Source: Halarcobacter sp.
GTDB taxonomy: Bacteria; Campylobacterota; Campylobacteria; Campylobacterales; Arcobacteraceae
Reading direction: 5' to 3'
DNA length: 64,000 bases
Assembly (NCBI GenBank): GCA_048571215.1
Contig: CP182352.1
Span: 2,752,001-2,816,000 of the forward strand
Below are positions 22,401-31,014 of the stretch, piece after piece. A program made the position numbers and the translations under genes. A model generated the notes under the pieces. That model searched no databases. It saw nothing but the letters and a program-made list of their open reading frames with translations, and was not told where the DNA came from. Each line of letters opens with the position of its first letter. Position 1 is the first letter of the stretch.

Positions 22401-22923
22401 TGAAGAAGCGAAAAATATCCCTTCACTAGATAAAGCTATAAAAGTGTTTGAGTTTCCTAGACAAAAGAAAAAACCCCATAGATGTATAGCTGACTTTTTT
22501 GCAAATGATAGATTAGATGTGGTAGCCTTTACCCTTGCTAGTGCTGGTCTTAAAATAAGCCCTTATGAAGCAGAGCTTTATAAAGAGAGTAAGTTTAGTG
22601 AATATTATCAAGTTCATGGTTTAGGGGTTGAATTAGCAGAAGCCCTAGCAGAAGTTTTACACAAACAAGTTAGACTTGATTTGGATATAGTACCAAAAGA
22701 GGGGCATACCCTTTATGATGTACAAATGAAACAATATGTAGGGTGTAGATACTCTCCTGGATATGCTGCTTGCCCTGATTTAGAACAAAGTAGAGATATC
22801 TTTGATTTACTAAAACCAGAAGAGTTTGGAATAACTTTAAGTGAGACTTTTCAAATAGACCCAGAACAGTCAACTTGTGCCATAGTTGTGCCACACAAAA
22901 AAGCCAACTACTACAATATTTAG
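19453..22923 (+). CDS. metH: Cobalamin-dependent methionine synthase
   Basis: DGAMGT, GGCCGT, IGER.N, GDVHDVG, RYSPGY.ACP. Confidence 0.96.
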   Translation: MVEVIKNLIEKQVLIIDGAMGTQLQIANIENKAWQYEGKDLEGCNELLNETAPHILENIHDAYAKAGANLITTNTFGTMPWVLDEYGISQKAYELSKLGAQLAKESCKKFETIDTPRFCLGSIGPGTKLPSLGHIKYDEMYEGYKEVANGLADGGCDIFLLETCQDPLQIKAALHALNDTHPEIPVMVSVTIELSGTMLIGTDAMTIAAILNPFNILSLGFNCGTGPKQVHKHVKTLSEVCRFPISVHANAGLPQNKGGVTYYPMQAKEFTQLQKSFLDINGVSFLGGCCGTTPDHIEALANEVKDIVPKKPSGFLKASLASLFNTVPLKQDPAPLLIGERSNATGSKAFRELLKANDYEGTLSVGQQQVRAGAHVIDVSVGFAGRDEREDMDKVVELYSQKVSLPLMPDSTQILALEAALKQIGGRPIINSVNLEDGEEKFDAVCKLAKKFGAALVCLVIDEVGMAKTKEDKLRIAERIFDLCVNRHGFDPADLVFDMLTFTIGSGDDEYRTAGIETLEAIREFQIRHPEVGTTLGLSNISFGLDIKARVYLNSIYLDHCVKAGLTSAIVNVKHILPLNKISDEDRKACDDLIFNNQENGDPLFKFIEHFSNVEAQEDTSDEEFQKLEPIEKVKKLLLDGDKERMLPLVEELRHEVNPEVIVNEWLIDGMKIIGELFGSGQMQLPFVLQSAETMKATVDALNPYLPKKEKATDTVLVIGTVKGDVHDVGKNLVDIILSNNGFKVINIGIKADLNDFIIAVQEHKAQAIGMSGLLVKSTAVMKDNLEELQKQGIDIPVLLGGAALTKNFINEYCRPIYDGPIFYCRDAFDGVVSMQRIEKGEIDNTALQADLINDEEIKPKEEKEVIINKEDIELPEPTEFTFPPLWGRVTKDSSSIDNDLVFKWINHRVLFRQRWGYKRAKQSSEEFLKHEQEVVEPLYEKLKEEFISKQLFQPIGIYAYYPCISKDNKLYIFSEEYAFHSLEEAKNIPSLDKAIKVFEFPRQKKKPHRCIADFFANDRLDVVAFTLASAGLKISPYEAELYKESKFSEYYQVHGLGVELAEALAEVLHKQVRLDLDIVPKEGHTLYDVQMKQYVGCRYSPGYAACPDLEQSRDIFDLLKPEEFGITLSETFQIDPEQSTCAIVVPHKKANYYNI

Positions 22924-22925
22924 TA

Positions 22926-23047
22926 GAAATAGCCACTTTTGGCTGATTTCTGCGTTGGAGTTGTAAATTTATAAACTCACTTACTTATAGTAAGTTCCTT
23001 CATAAATTTACAACTCCGCCTTGAACTAAACCAAAATTGACTATTCC
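22926..23047. repeat. ~120-bp nested inverted-repeat element (MITE/REP-like)
   Basis: Perfect 16-bp IR at 22957-22972/23002-23017, outer 14/17 IR at 22926-22942/23031-23047, central ACTTAC/GTAAGT hairpin. Confidence 0.7.
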
Positions 23048-23112
23048 AAGTTATAATTATGACTGGTCTTTTTTAGTTTTTACAAAATTAGAATTTAAAC
23101 AATCGAGAATAT

Positions 23113-23964
23113 ATGAACAACAATACAAAAGGTATATTAATAACCGCTTTAGGTGTTTTGCTAATGAGTTTTGAGTCTTTATTTATAAAGCTAACTTCCA
23201 TTTCATCTTTCACTTTTTCTTTTTATCTTGGGATATTTATGTTTATTTCAATGCTTTTATTACTAATAATAAAACAAAAAAATATTATAAGAGAGGTCAC
23301 CAAGACATCTTTTTATATTTTTCTTTTATGTGGAATATTAATGGGGAGTGCAAATATTTTCTTTATTTGGGCAATAAAGAGTACAACTGCTGCAAATGTA
23401 GTACTTATAATAGGAACAGGAGCTTTATTTACATCTTTTTTTGCATATTTATTTTATAGGGAAAAAATAAAATTGAATGTTCTTATTGCATCATTCTTTT
23501 TATTTATTGGTCTTTTTATAATCTTTAATGATAAGATAGGAGCAGGTAATTTAAAGGGTAACCTTTTAGCTCTTTTATGCACAATGACTTTTTCTTTATC
23601 TTTTGTTTTAATGTCAAAATATACTAGGATAAACCGTATAGCAATAACAGCGATGACTGGAATATCATTGGCTACAATGGCTTATTTTGTAAGTGACACA
23701 ATTAATATTGACTTTTATAATTTATGTGTAGTAGGAGTAATGGGATTAATTATAACTCCATTTTCAAGGGTTTTAATATTTAATGGAACAAAATTTATAA
23801 ATGCAAGTGAAGTAAGTCTTTTAATGATTATTGAAACAGTAATGGGACCTATTTGGGTTTGGATGTTTTTAAAAGAAGTGCCAAGTTCTTATACTTTTAT
23901 TGGTGGAGCAATTATACTTCTTACACTAATAATAAACTCAATCTATTCTATAAGAAAAAATTAA
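23113..23964 (+). CDS. DMT/EamA family transporter
   Basis: About 10 TM helices, AYLFYREK and WVWMFLKEVP repeats. Confidence 0.88.
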   Translation: MNNNTKGILITALGVLLMSFESLFIKLTSISSFTFSFYLGIFMFISMLLLLIIKQKNIIREVTKTSFYIFLLCGILMGSANIFFIWAIKSTTAANVVLIIGTGALFTSFFAYLFYREKIKLNVLIASFFLFIGLFIIFNDKIGAGNLKGNLLALLCTMTFSLSFVLMSKYTRINRIAITAMTGISLATMAYFVSDTINIDFYNLCVVGVMGLIITPFSRVLIFNGTKFINASEVSLLMIIETVMGPIWVWMFLKEVPSSYTFIGGAIILLTLIINSIYSIRKN

Positions 23965-24027
23965 CTTGATATAATTTTCTGTTAATTTTTATAGGTTAAA
24001 ATATAAAAAATAAATAGGAAACTAAAA

Positions 24028-24336
24028 GTGTTAACAAAAATAAAAGAAAAAACTACAGGTTTAGTAGATATAACAAAAGAACAATTTGACAAATCTTTTG
24101 ATTTTGCAAAAATACAAAGTGACAAAGTAAAAAATAAAATCGACTTAAAAATACAAGAAAAAGCTCTTTTAAACTTAAAAGCTGAACTAGCTATGAGACA
24201 TAAAACCTTTGATGATTATACTGATGAAGAGTTAGAGATAATGCTTTCAAATGAAAAAAGAAAAGTTATAGATGATTTAAAAACAAAAACCTTAGTTGGC
24301 GCCTTAGCTATTTTAGGTTTGGACTTTTTGGTATAA
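24028..24336 (+). CDS. Hypothetical protein
   Basis: GTG start with AGGA SD; hydrophobic C-terminal tail. Confidence 0.75.
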   Translation: MLTKIKEKTTGLVDITKEQFDKSFDFAKIQSDKVKNKIDLKIQEKALLNLKAELAMRHKTFDDYTDEELEIMLSNEKRKVIDDLKTKTLVGALAILGLDFLV

Positions 24337-24339
24337 GAT

Positions 24340-24741
24340 ATGTTTAAACAAGTTAAATCAGCCATTTTTTGGACGCTACTTTATAAGTTTAGAAGAAGAT
24401 TTACTATTGTTGTTGTATTACTCTCTATAGTTTTATTGTCACAATGGATTTATGCAGATATAGTTGAGTATCTACAACTAACTAATCAATTGCAATATCT
24501 TTCTTTTTTACTACCTATTAAATGGGCAATTATTTTATTTAATATTGCCTTTTCTGCCTATTTGATTATCACAATTTTTAAACCTCAAAAAGAGGATAAA
24601 AAAAAGGCTGAAAAAATCATAAAGGAACAAAGTAAAAAAAACAATGATAAAAAGATAAAAGAAAATGATTTAAGCCCAAAAGAAAAAGAGTTTTTAACAA
24701 AAAAACTAAGAAATAAATCTGAAATATTAATGGATAGATAA
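24340..24741 (+). CDS. Hypothetical 2-TM membrane protein
   Basis: Two hydrophobic segments, Lys-rich tail; 3 nt after previous gene. Confidence 0.75.
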   Translation: MFKQVKSAIFWTLLYKFRRRFTIVVVLLSIVLLSQWIYADIVEYLQLTNQLQYLSFLLPIKWAIILFNIAFSAYLIITIFKPQKEDKKKAEKIIKEQSKKNNDKKIKENDLSPKEKEFLTKKLRNKSEILMDR

Positions 24742-25332
24742 ATTCAATCTATCCAACTGTTTATCATGATATTTACCTAAAACAACTAAGGCTACAATAG
24801 AGCCAATAAGTGCCAAGAACATGTCACTTTGAGTATCCCAAACATATCCTTGAGTTCCTAAAAAAGCTGTTGCATCAGTGCCACTTAGCATTGCTACCCA
24901 CCACTCTATTAGTTCATAAAATGCTGAAAAGGCTAGGCAAAAGCACACTATGAAAAAATTTCTCCATTTAGAAAAAGGAATTATGTTTTTTCTTATAAGA
25001 ATTTCTCTTGCAATAAGTGCAGGTACAAAACCTTGGGCAAAATGCCCCACTTTATCATAATTGTTTCTATCTTGATTTAGTAACTCTTTTATGGTGTCAA
25101 AAAGTGGAACTTCCGCATATGTATAATGTCCTCCCACCATCAAGATAAGACAGTGTATTAAAATAAGTGTATAAACTAAAGTTGTCAATTTAAAATTTTT
25201 ATATGTAAGTGCAAGTATAAACAATCCAACAATTGCTGGCATTACTTCTAAAATCCATGTAAAATAATCTTTTGGGTTTATCCCTGAAAGAACTAAAGCA
25301 GTAAAAAATATTGTAAGCCATAAATATTTCAT
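24727..25332 (-). CDS. DUF2238/YjdF family inner membrane protein
   Basis: GGHYTYAEVP, RNNYDKVGH, FLGTQGYVWDTQSDM. Confidence 0.88.
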   Translation of the reverse strand: MKYLWLTIFFTALVLSGINPKDYFTWILEVMPAIVGLFILALTYKNFKLTTLVYTLILIHCLILMVGGHYTYAEVPLFDTIKELLNQDRNNYDKVGHFAQGFVPALIAREILIRKNIIPFSKWRNFFIVCFCLAFSAFYELIEWWVAMLSGTDATAFLGTQGYVWDTQSDMFLALIGSIVALVVLGKYHDKQLDRLNLSIH

Positions 25333-25486
25333 AATCTTATCCTTAAATTTTATTCTACTATTTATTATATAAAATAATGTTTTTTGGATTATTTATGAAA
25401 AACTATCTTTTGATTTATTCATATGTTAACTTCGTGTAAACTTATATTGGATAAAATAACTACAATTATAAACCATAGGATAGTTC

Positions 25487-25984
25487 ATGCCCCACAAAAA
25501 AAGTTTTAAAGAGAAACTTTTAGATTATGTTTTTATCATATCTAAGCAGCCCTTGCTATTAAAAGATTTATTAGATGCAAATAGACAACACAATGAAGGT
25601 ATGCATGTAAACCCCTCAAAGCTAGGATTTAGACTAAGACTAGCTAGAGCTTACCAAGTATATATTTTAATAGCCTTAATAATTCTAACTCCAATTTCTG
25701 CAGTAACCCATAAGATGTTAGCACATATCGATTCACATGTATCTATACTTGGTGCTATGGGTATGACAGCAATTGTATTTATAGGTTTTAATTTTTTTCA
25801 AGCAAAATTAAATGAAGAGATTACAAAAGCCCAAATAAAAAAATCATGGAAACTTAGATTTCCTTATTTTTCTTATGAAGAGTATCGATATAAAGTAGAA
25901 GATATATACCAAAGGGCTATTAAAGAAGAGGTTTCAAAAAAAGATTTAGAAAAATACATCTTAGATAATCTAGTTGAAGAGTAA
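25487..25984 (+). CDS. Hypothetical 2-TM membrane protein
   Basis: AGGA SD; two TM helices; FPYF.YE.Y motif. Confidence 0.75.
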   Translation: MPHKKSFKEKLLDYVFIISKQPLLLKDLLDANRQHNEGMHVNPSKLGFRLRLARAYQVYILIALIILTPISAVTHKMLAHIDSHVSILGAMGMTAIVFIGFNFFQAKLNEEITKAQIKKSWKLRFPYFSYEEYRYKVEDIYQRAIKEEVSKKDLEKYILDNLVEE

Positions 25985-26053
25985 TATTTTTTAAACTTAA
26001 GTATTAAAGCAAAAAAAAAGTAAAATATTTAAATCAATATTAATTGGACTAAT

Positions 26054-27130
26054 ATGAACTTTGAAAATTTTACTGATGGTAACCACTTCTCAATTGGTAT
26101 AGAATTAGAGCTAAGAATATTAAATAGATTTAGCCTAAATTTAGAAAATGAATACAATTTCATTGTTGAAAATATTGATAAAAAATATCAAAAAAATTTA
26201 GCTTCAGAATTTCTAAATTCTATGATTGAAATAAACACTCCAATCTTCCATTATGAAAAAGATTTAATTAAATATCTAAAAGATATTATCCATAAAATGA
26301 ATCTGCTCTTAAAAGATAAATCTTTGTGTCTACAGACCAGTGGTTCCTATGCACAAGAGAATACTAATGTAAAAGTAAATAAAAATGAAAGATATGAAAA
26401 GCTGTTTTTAGAACATCAAATTTTACTTCAAAATTTCTCAATATGTGGAACTCATGTTCATATTGGTTTTGACAATTTCAACAAGGCACTAAAGGCATAT
26501 AATTACTCAATATCTTACCTACCTTTATTTGTAGCTTTAAGTGCTTCATCAGTGTTTTTTAATAATAACAACTCTGGTATCCACTCATATAGAACAAAAA
26601 TATTTGACAGGTTACCAAAAGCTTCTATTCCTGAATACTTTAATAGCTTTGAAGATATGAAAGAGTTATATGATTTACTTTATAACTCAAATGCTATTAC
26701 AAGTGAAAAAGATATTTGGTGGGATGTAAGAATTCAACCAAAATTTAAAACAGTAGAGTTTAGAATTTGTGATGCGGTGCATGATTATGAAAGATTAGAA
26801 ACTATTATCACCCTAACAAAAGGGGTTTGTCAACTTTCACAAATAAAAGATTTAGAAAAATTACCTATGCAAATATTGAAGCAAAATATGTGGAGTGCTA
26901 CTAGATACTCTATGGATGGCAAAATGATTACAAAAACTGGTACAAAACCTATAAGAGAGGTTTTAAATAACTTAAACAAAGAGTTATTAGATAATAGATT
27001 TATCACAAAAGAGAGTTTTGAAAAAAATTCTAAAATCATAGAAAAAGATAGTATTGCATCTGAGATGTTAAAAGTTTATAATAGAACAAAAAGTTTAAAA
27101 GAAGTGGAAAGGTTAGGTGTATTTATATGA
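26054..27130 (+). CDS. YbdK/GCS2 family carboxylate-amine (glutamate-cysteine-like) ligase
   Basis: GIELE, IEINT, GTHVHIG, WWDVR, TVEFRICD. Confidence 0.88.
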   Translation: MNFENFTDGNHFSIGIELELRILNRFSLNLENEYNFIVENIDKKYQKNLASEFLNSMIEINTPIFHYEKDLIKYLKDIIHKMNLLLKDKSLCLQTSGSYAQENTNVKVNKNERYEKLFLEHQILLQNFSICGTHVHIGFDNFNKALKAYNYSISYLPLFVALSASSVFFNNNNSGIHSYRTKIFDRLPKASIPEYFNSFEDMKELYDLLYNSNAITSEKDIWWDVRIQPKFKTVEFRICDAVHDYERLETIITLTKGVCQLSQIKDLEKLPMQILKQNMWSATRYSMDGKMITKTGTKPIREVLNNLNKELLDNRFITKESFEKNSKIIEKDSIASEMLKVYNRTKSLKEVERLGVFI

Positions 27131-28647
27131 GGGGTGTTGTAACAGCTGGAGATAAAAACTCAGCACAAGCAGGAGCAGATATTTTAAAAGAGGGAGGAAA
27201 TGCCTATGATGCAGCACTTGCAGTAATGCTTGCTGCTCCCATATGTGAACCTTTATTTACTTCTCTTGGTGGTGGTGGTTTTTTATTAGGTCTTGAAAAG
27301 GGTAAGAAACCAGAACTATATGATTTTTTTGTACAAGTACCAAAAAAAAGATTAGATGAACCAGAATTTTTCCCAATCTATGTAGACTTTGGGGCTGCTA
27401 TTCAAGAGTTTCATATAGGTGCAGGTTCAGTTGCTATTCCAGGACTTGTTGAGGGTATATATCAAGTTCATAAAGATAAAGGAACCCTTCCTTTGTCAAA
27501 AATCATAGAACCAGCAGTAAAATATGCAAGAGAGGGTGTTTATTTATCTAAGATGCAAGCAAGTTTTGTAAAACTTTTAGAACCAATTTTTACCTCAACA
27601 AAATCTAGCTTGGACATTTATTCCATGCCAAATGGTAATCTCATAGATGAAAACCATCTTTTTAAAAACCCCAATTATGCTGAGTTTTTAGAAGAGTTTG
27701 CAAAAGAAGGCAGTAGACTTTTTTATGAGGGTGTTGTAGCAAGTGAAATAGAAAAAATCTCAAAAGATCATGATGGGCTTATTTTAAAAGAAGACTTAAA
27801 AGAGTATAGATGTATAAAAAGAACCCCTATAGATTTTAAGTATAAAGATTATGAGATAGTTACAAACCCACCCCCAAGTGGTGGAGGTATTCTTATAGCT
27901 TTTACCTTAAAACTTTTGGAAAACTACGATTTAAAAGATTTTAGAAGTGCTGAATATATAAAAGGTTTAATTGAAGCTTTTAATACCACAAGTGATTTTA
28001 GAAAAGAACATGTGGATGAATTTTTGCATGATGAAAAATTAAAAGAGATTTTATCAAATGATAGGCTTATTAGAAACTATTGTACAACAATGAATAGTAG
28101 ACTAAATCTTTGGGGAAATACAACCCACCTATCTGTAATAGATGAATTAGGAAATGCCGTATCAGTTACCACTACAAATGGTGAAGGGTCTGGTCATGTA
28201 ATACCAAGTTCTGGGATTATGCTAAATAATATGATGGGAGAAGAAGACTTAAATCCCCACGGATGGTTTGCATGGAAAGAAGGGATAAGACTTCCTTCAA
28301 TGATGGCTCCAACAGCAGTATTAAAAAATGGTTTACCAAAACTTATTTTAGGAAGTGCGGGAAGTAACCGTATAAGAAGTGCCATTACTCAAACTATTAT
28401 AAACAATCTTGAATATGGTATGAATCTACACGATAGTATAAATGCTCCAAGAACCCATTTTGAAAAAGGGATTGTTTGTATGGAACCATATTGTGAAGAG
28501 GCTATAAGAAAAGAGTTAGAAAAACACTACACTCTACAATACTTTGATGACCTAAACATCTTCTTTGGAGGAGTTCAAGCAGTTGATGGAGAATTAAATG
28601 GGGGATGTGATACAAGAAGGGGAGCAGCTGTTATAAAAGTGGATTAA
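27127..28647 (+). CDS. ggt: Gamma-glutamyltransferase family protein, no signal peptide
   Basis: GGNAYDAA, LGGGGF, PPPSGGG, autocleavage N|TTHLSVID, LNNMM. Confidence 0.88.
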   Translation: MRGVVTAGDKNSAQAGADILKEGGNAYDAALAVMLAAPICEPLFTSLGGGGFLLGLEKGKKPELYDFFVQVPKKRLDEPEFFPIYVDFGAAIQEFHIGAGSVAIPGLVEGIYQVHKDKGTLPLSKIIEPAVKYAREGVYLSKMQASFVKLLEPIFTSTKSSLDIYSMPNGNLIDENHLFKNPNYAEFLEEFAKEGSRLFYEGVVASEIEKISKDHDGLILKEDLKEYRCIKRTPIDFKYKDYEIVTNPPPSGGGILIAFTLKLLENYDLKDFRSAEYIKGLIEAFNTTSDFRKEHVDEFLHDEKLKEILSNDRLIRNYCTTMNSRLNLWGNTTHLSVIDELGNAVSVTTTNGEGSGHVIPSSGIMLNNMMGEEDLNPHGWFAWKEGIRLPSMMAPTAVLKNGLPKLILGSAGSNRIRSAITQTIINNLEYGMNLHDSINAPRTHFEKGIVCMEPYCEEAIRKELEKHYTLQYFDDLNIFFGGVQAVDGELNGGCDTRRGAAVIKVD

Positions 28648-29381
28648 TCCACTTTATCATAAATAGCACGAGCTTCTTTATTTCTTTGTTGTTTTAGTTC
28701 CATATCAATATATTTTGCATCAAACTCTTTTTTTGCTTTTAGAGCTATTGTTTGTTTTTTCTTCCCAATTGGATTTATCTCATAAATCTCAAACCCAGCT
28801 TTATATAAAGATAGTCTTACATTTGTAGCAACTGAATAGGTGGTTAGTATGCAATCTTCATTTGTGGCTTTATAGATATCTTTAAAATATTCTACACTCC
28901 AAAGTTCACTGTTTACTTCACTTGAAAAAGCATCTTGATAAACTATATCAATACCATCTAATCTTTTTATATATTCCCTTGCATCACCTATAAAAAGCTC
29001 TATTTTTATATGTTCATCTTCATATTTTTTATCTTTAAGAAGTTTATTTATAATATCTTTTATCCCATCAAACTCTTTTGGATACTCAAAATCTTTTAAA
29101 GACTCAATAAGTTCTAAATCAAGCTCAGGACTAAAGATATTTAGCTTTTTATCTAATTTTTCTTTCTTTAGATAATAGATTGTGGTAAAGGTGTTATACC
29201 CTATTCCAAAACAGATATCTAAAATATTTAATTGATTTTTTTTATGATAGGAAAAAGCAGGAATAATATGTTTTATCAATGACTCATTTATAGCACCTGT
29301 TTTTATATCATGAAAGTGTTGATTGTATTTACTTGAATAAAGTGTTTTTGTGCCATCAAAGGTAGTTATGAGTTCCTTCAC
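28644..29381 (-). CDS. MnmC-like (MnmD) tRNA methyltransferase domain protein
   Basis: DGT.TLYS..Y.QHFH, LDICFGIGYN, YQDAFS..ELW. Confidence 0.8.
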   Translation of the reverse strand: MKELITTFDGTKTLYSSKYNQHFHDIKTGAINESLIKHIIPAFSYHKKNQLNILDICFGIGYNTFTTIYYLKKEKLDKKLNIFSPELDLELIESLKDFEYPKEFDGIKDIINKLLKDKKYEDEHIKIELFIGDAREYIKRLDGIDIVYQDAFSSEVNSELWSVEYFKDIYKATNEDCILTTYSVATNVRLSLYKAGFEIYEINPIGKKKQTIALKAKKEFDAKYIDMELKQQRNKEARAIYDKVD

Positions 29382-29824
29382 TAAAGTCCACTACCCCACA
29401 TATGAAGTTTTTTGGCAGTTATTAGATTATACTCATCAAAAAGCTCTATATGATTTATTGCCACAAAAGAGCTTTTATCTAAAAGTTGTTTTACCTCATC
29501 CATATTATTATTTGATTTCTTTTCCAAAACTATAATATTTGCTGAGTTTTCCAAGGCTTTATACATAAGCTTCAAAATTTTATCTTTATTTGGGCAGTAT
29601 GAAAGAATATCACTTAAAACTATATACTCATACTCCCTTGCAGTTGCTCTTATTTTAGCACTTGTTTCATCTTTGAACTCTTTATATTCTAAGTTCCCCT
29701 CTAAAGAGTCTACTACCTCTTTTATGGTGCTATTTATAAACTCAACTTCTTTATTTATATGCAAAACAGCTAAGTTTGGAAAAGGTTGAAATAAATCTTT
29801 AAAAAGCTCTAATTGTTTTTGCAA
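29381..29824 (-). CDS. Hypothetical protein (degenerate methyltransferase-like)
   Basis: TTG start directly after the luxS stop. Confidence 0.7.
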   Translation of the reverse strand: MQKQLELFKDLFQPFPNLAVLHINKEVEFINSTIKEVVDSLEGNLEYKEFKDETSAKIRATAREYEYIVLSDILSYCPNKDKILKLMYKALENSANIIVLEKKSNNNMDEVKQLLDKSSFVAINHIELFDEYNLITAKKLHMWGSGL

Positions 29825-30340
29825 CTAGTTTCCTAAACTATTTAGTTTTTCATCAGATAGATATAACTCTTTATTATTCATTACACCAATCTCATGACTT
29901 AAGATATCATTTGCTATTTTTTTAGCATTTTCTAATGAATGCATATTGCAAGTTCCACATTGATATTCATTTAACTCTGGAATATCTTTTTGTGAAGCCA
30001 CTTTTGTTACATCTTCCATAGCTTCTTTCCATGCTTTTGCTACAGTTTTCTCGTCTGGGTTTCCAAGTAAACTCATATAAAAACCTGTTCTACATCCCAT
30101 AGGTGACACATCAATAATCTCAACAGTATCAGAATTTAGATGTTCTCTAATAAATCCTGCAAAAAGGTGTTCTAAAGTATGAATCCCTTTTTCATCCATC
30201 ATATCTTTGTTTGGAGCATAAAATCTCAAATCATATACAGTTATAACATCTCCTGATGGTGATTTCATAGTTTTTGCAACCCTAACAGCAGGCGCAGGCA
30301 TAATAGTATGATCAACTCTAAATGAATCTAATAGTGGCAT
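29825..30340 (-). CDS. luxS: S-ribosylhomocysteine lyase
   Basis: MPLLDSF.VDH, HTLEH, PMGCRTG. Confidence 0.97.
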   Translation of the reverse strand: MPLLDSFRVDHTIMPAPAVRVAKTMKSPSGDVITVYDLRFYAPNKDMMDEKGIHTLEHLFAGFIREHLNSDTVEIIDVSPMGCRTGFYMSLLGNPDEKTVAKAWKEAMEDVTKVASQKDIPELNEYQCGTCNMHSLENAKKIANDILSHEIGVMNNKELYLSDEKLNSLGN

Positions 30341-30519
30341 AATAATTCCTTAATTTTTATTTACTAATTATGGATTTTATCGCAAAAAACTTAAATGGTG
30401 TATTATAAAATAGATTTAAAAAATTGTTTGTTATTAAAACAACTTAGTAATCCATTTGTTATCATAATACTGTATAATTTATATATAGATAATACATCAT
30501 TATAAAAAGGGATTACCAT

Positions 30520-31014
30520 ATGATAATTCAAACTGACGACAGATACAAAAGTGATGCTAGATATAAATTAGTTGAAAAAACTATGAAGAAGCTAAATTAT
30601 GATAGAAGTGCACTTATAGAGAGCCTTCACACTGCCCAAGAAAGTTTTGGATACTTAGAAAATGAAACTTTAAAGTTTATTGCTAGACGATTAAAACTTC
30701 CTTATTCAAAGGTATATGGGGTTGCAACTTTTTACCATTTTTTTAGGCTTAAACCTAAAGGTAAACATACAGTTGTTGTTTGTATGGGAACGGCATGTTA
30801 TATAAAAGGAGCAGATAAAATCTTGGCAAAGTTTGAAGAAAGATTTAATATAAAAGCAGGTGAAACCACAAAAGATGATTTGTTATCACTTGTAAGTGCT
30901 AGATGTGTAGGTTCATGTTCCCTTGCTCCAATTGCAATATATGATAATAAGTCTGTTGGAAACTTAAGTTTAGAACAATCACTTGAAGAGGTAAAGGAGT
31001 TACTAAATGATTAA
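30520..31014 (+). CDS. hoxE: Bidirectional hydrogenase subunit E (NuoE-like 2Fe-2S)
   Basis: ALIESLHTAQESFGYL, VYGVATFYH, CMGTAC, CVGSC. Confidence 0.88.
   Translation: MIIQTDDRYKSDARYKLVEKTMKKLNYDRSALIESLHTAQESFGYLENETLKFIARRLKLPYSKVYGVATFYHFFRLKPKGKHTVVVCMGTACYIKGADKILAKFEERFNIKAGETTKDDLLSLVSARCVGSCSLAPIAIYDNKSVGNLSLEQSLEEVKELLND

Noticed and set aside
30420..30445. TTGTT..AACAA upstream of hoxE as a redox-regulator site
   Set aside because: Short and AT-only; cannot be told from chance
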